The notes below the pieces were generated by a model. It did no database searches. It saw only the letters and a list, made by a program, of their open reading frames with translations, and was not told where the DNA came from. Shown here piece after piece: positions 63,481 through 64,000 of a stretch of 64,000 bases of DNA. Numbering within the stretch: the first letter of the stretch is position 1; each line of letters begins with the position of its first letter. The stretch is from Octopus vulgaris (Eukaryota), in assembly GCA_951406725.2 (NCBI GenBank), contig OX597816.1:158410001-158474000 (forward strand), given 5' to 3'. The position numbers were made by a program, and so were the translations under genes.

Positions 63481-64000
63481 TATTATAGTGGTGAAGTTAG
63501 AACTAACCTGTCTGTTTTAGGAGAAATGTGGAATTGAAAAGAATGTTCCCTTTTTCTTCTTTTTTTGGCTCTCCTTCAAGCATCAGTGATTTTGGGGTCA
63601 GAATGAGGTAAGTATGTGTGTCTTTGTGTGTATGTGTGTGTGCATACATATATATGTGGTGTGAATAGATGTGTCTGTGTGTCTGTAATATTTGGTAGGA
63701 AGGTGTCTGTTTGTCAACCGCGTGTGTGGTTGTCATGGTGTTGTGTGTGTGTGTGTGTGTGTGCGTATGCATGTATGTGTGTGGATGGCATTTGACATGG
63801 TGCTGTGTGTGTATATGTGTGTCTGTATGGAGATGAGATTGGTGTGAGTGTGTGCGTCCCTGTGTGTGTGCATATACATGTATACATGTATCTGTGTGTG
63901 TGTGGGGGCTGTTTTTGATTGGTTCCAGGGTGGTGTAAATAGATGTGTGTTGTTTAAAGAATTTTTTGGGGTAGGATGGTGTGTGTATATGTGTGCCCGC

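Overview
AT-rich, repeat-saturated eukaryotic genomic DNA. The SINE families and microsatellite load suggest an octopod cephalopod, which is an inference. One protein-coding gene is well supported: a MYDGF (myeloid-derived growth factor / C19orf10) orthologue on the + strand. It has five visible GT-AG exons (1-49 partial, 9024-9074, 11644-11781, 12238-12295, 13679-13764) that splice in frame to 126 aa ending KKEL*. The rest is introns and intergenic DNA made of four tRNA-derived SINE families, RTE, CR1 and R4-like LINE relics, Penelope-like relics, mariner, pogo and hAT transposons, Helitron-like pieces, two LTR-like pieces and long microsatellites. Almost all ORFs in the supplied track are artefacts of these repeats. 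The most unusual signal is one SINE family that repeatedly forms head-to-tail multimers joined at the same nucleotide, the edge of a hairpin loop in its tRNA-like head, with a single target-site duplication (TSD) around a whole multimer. Other notable signals are a core-intact minimal hammerhead ribozyme, a ~187 bp palindrome split by a SINE tetramer, and recurrent RTE insertion into a SINE's internal microsatellite. All calls are by eye. Exon and TSD coordinates were counted; most other repeat boundaries are approximate.
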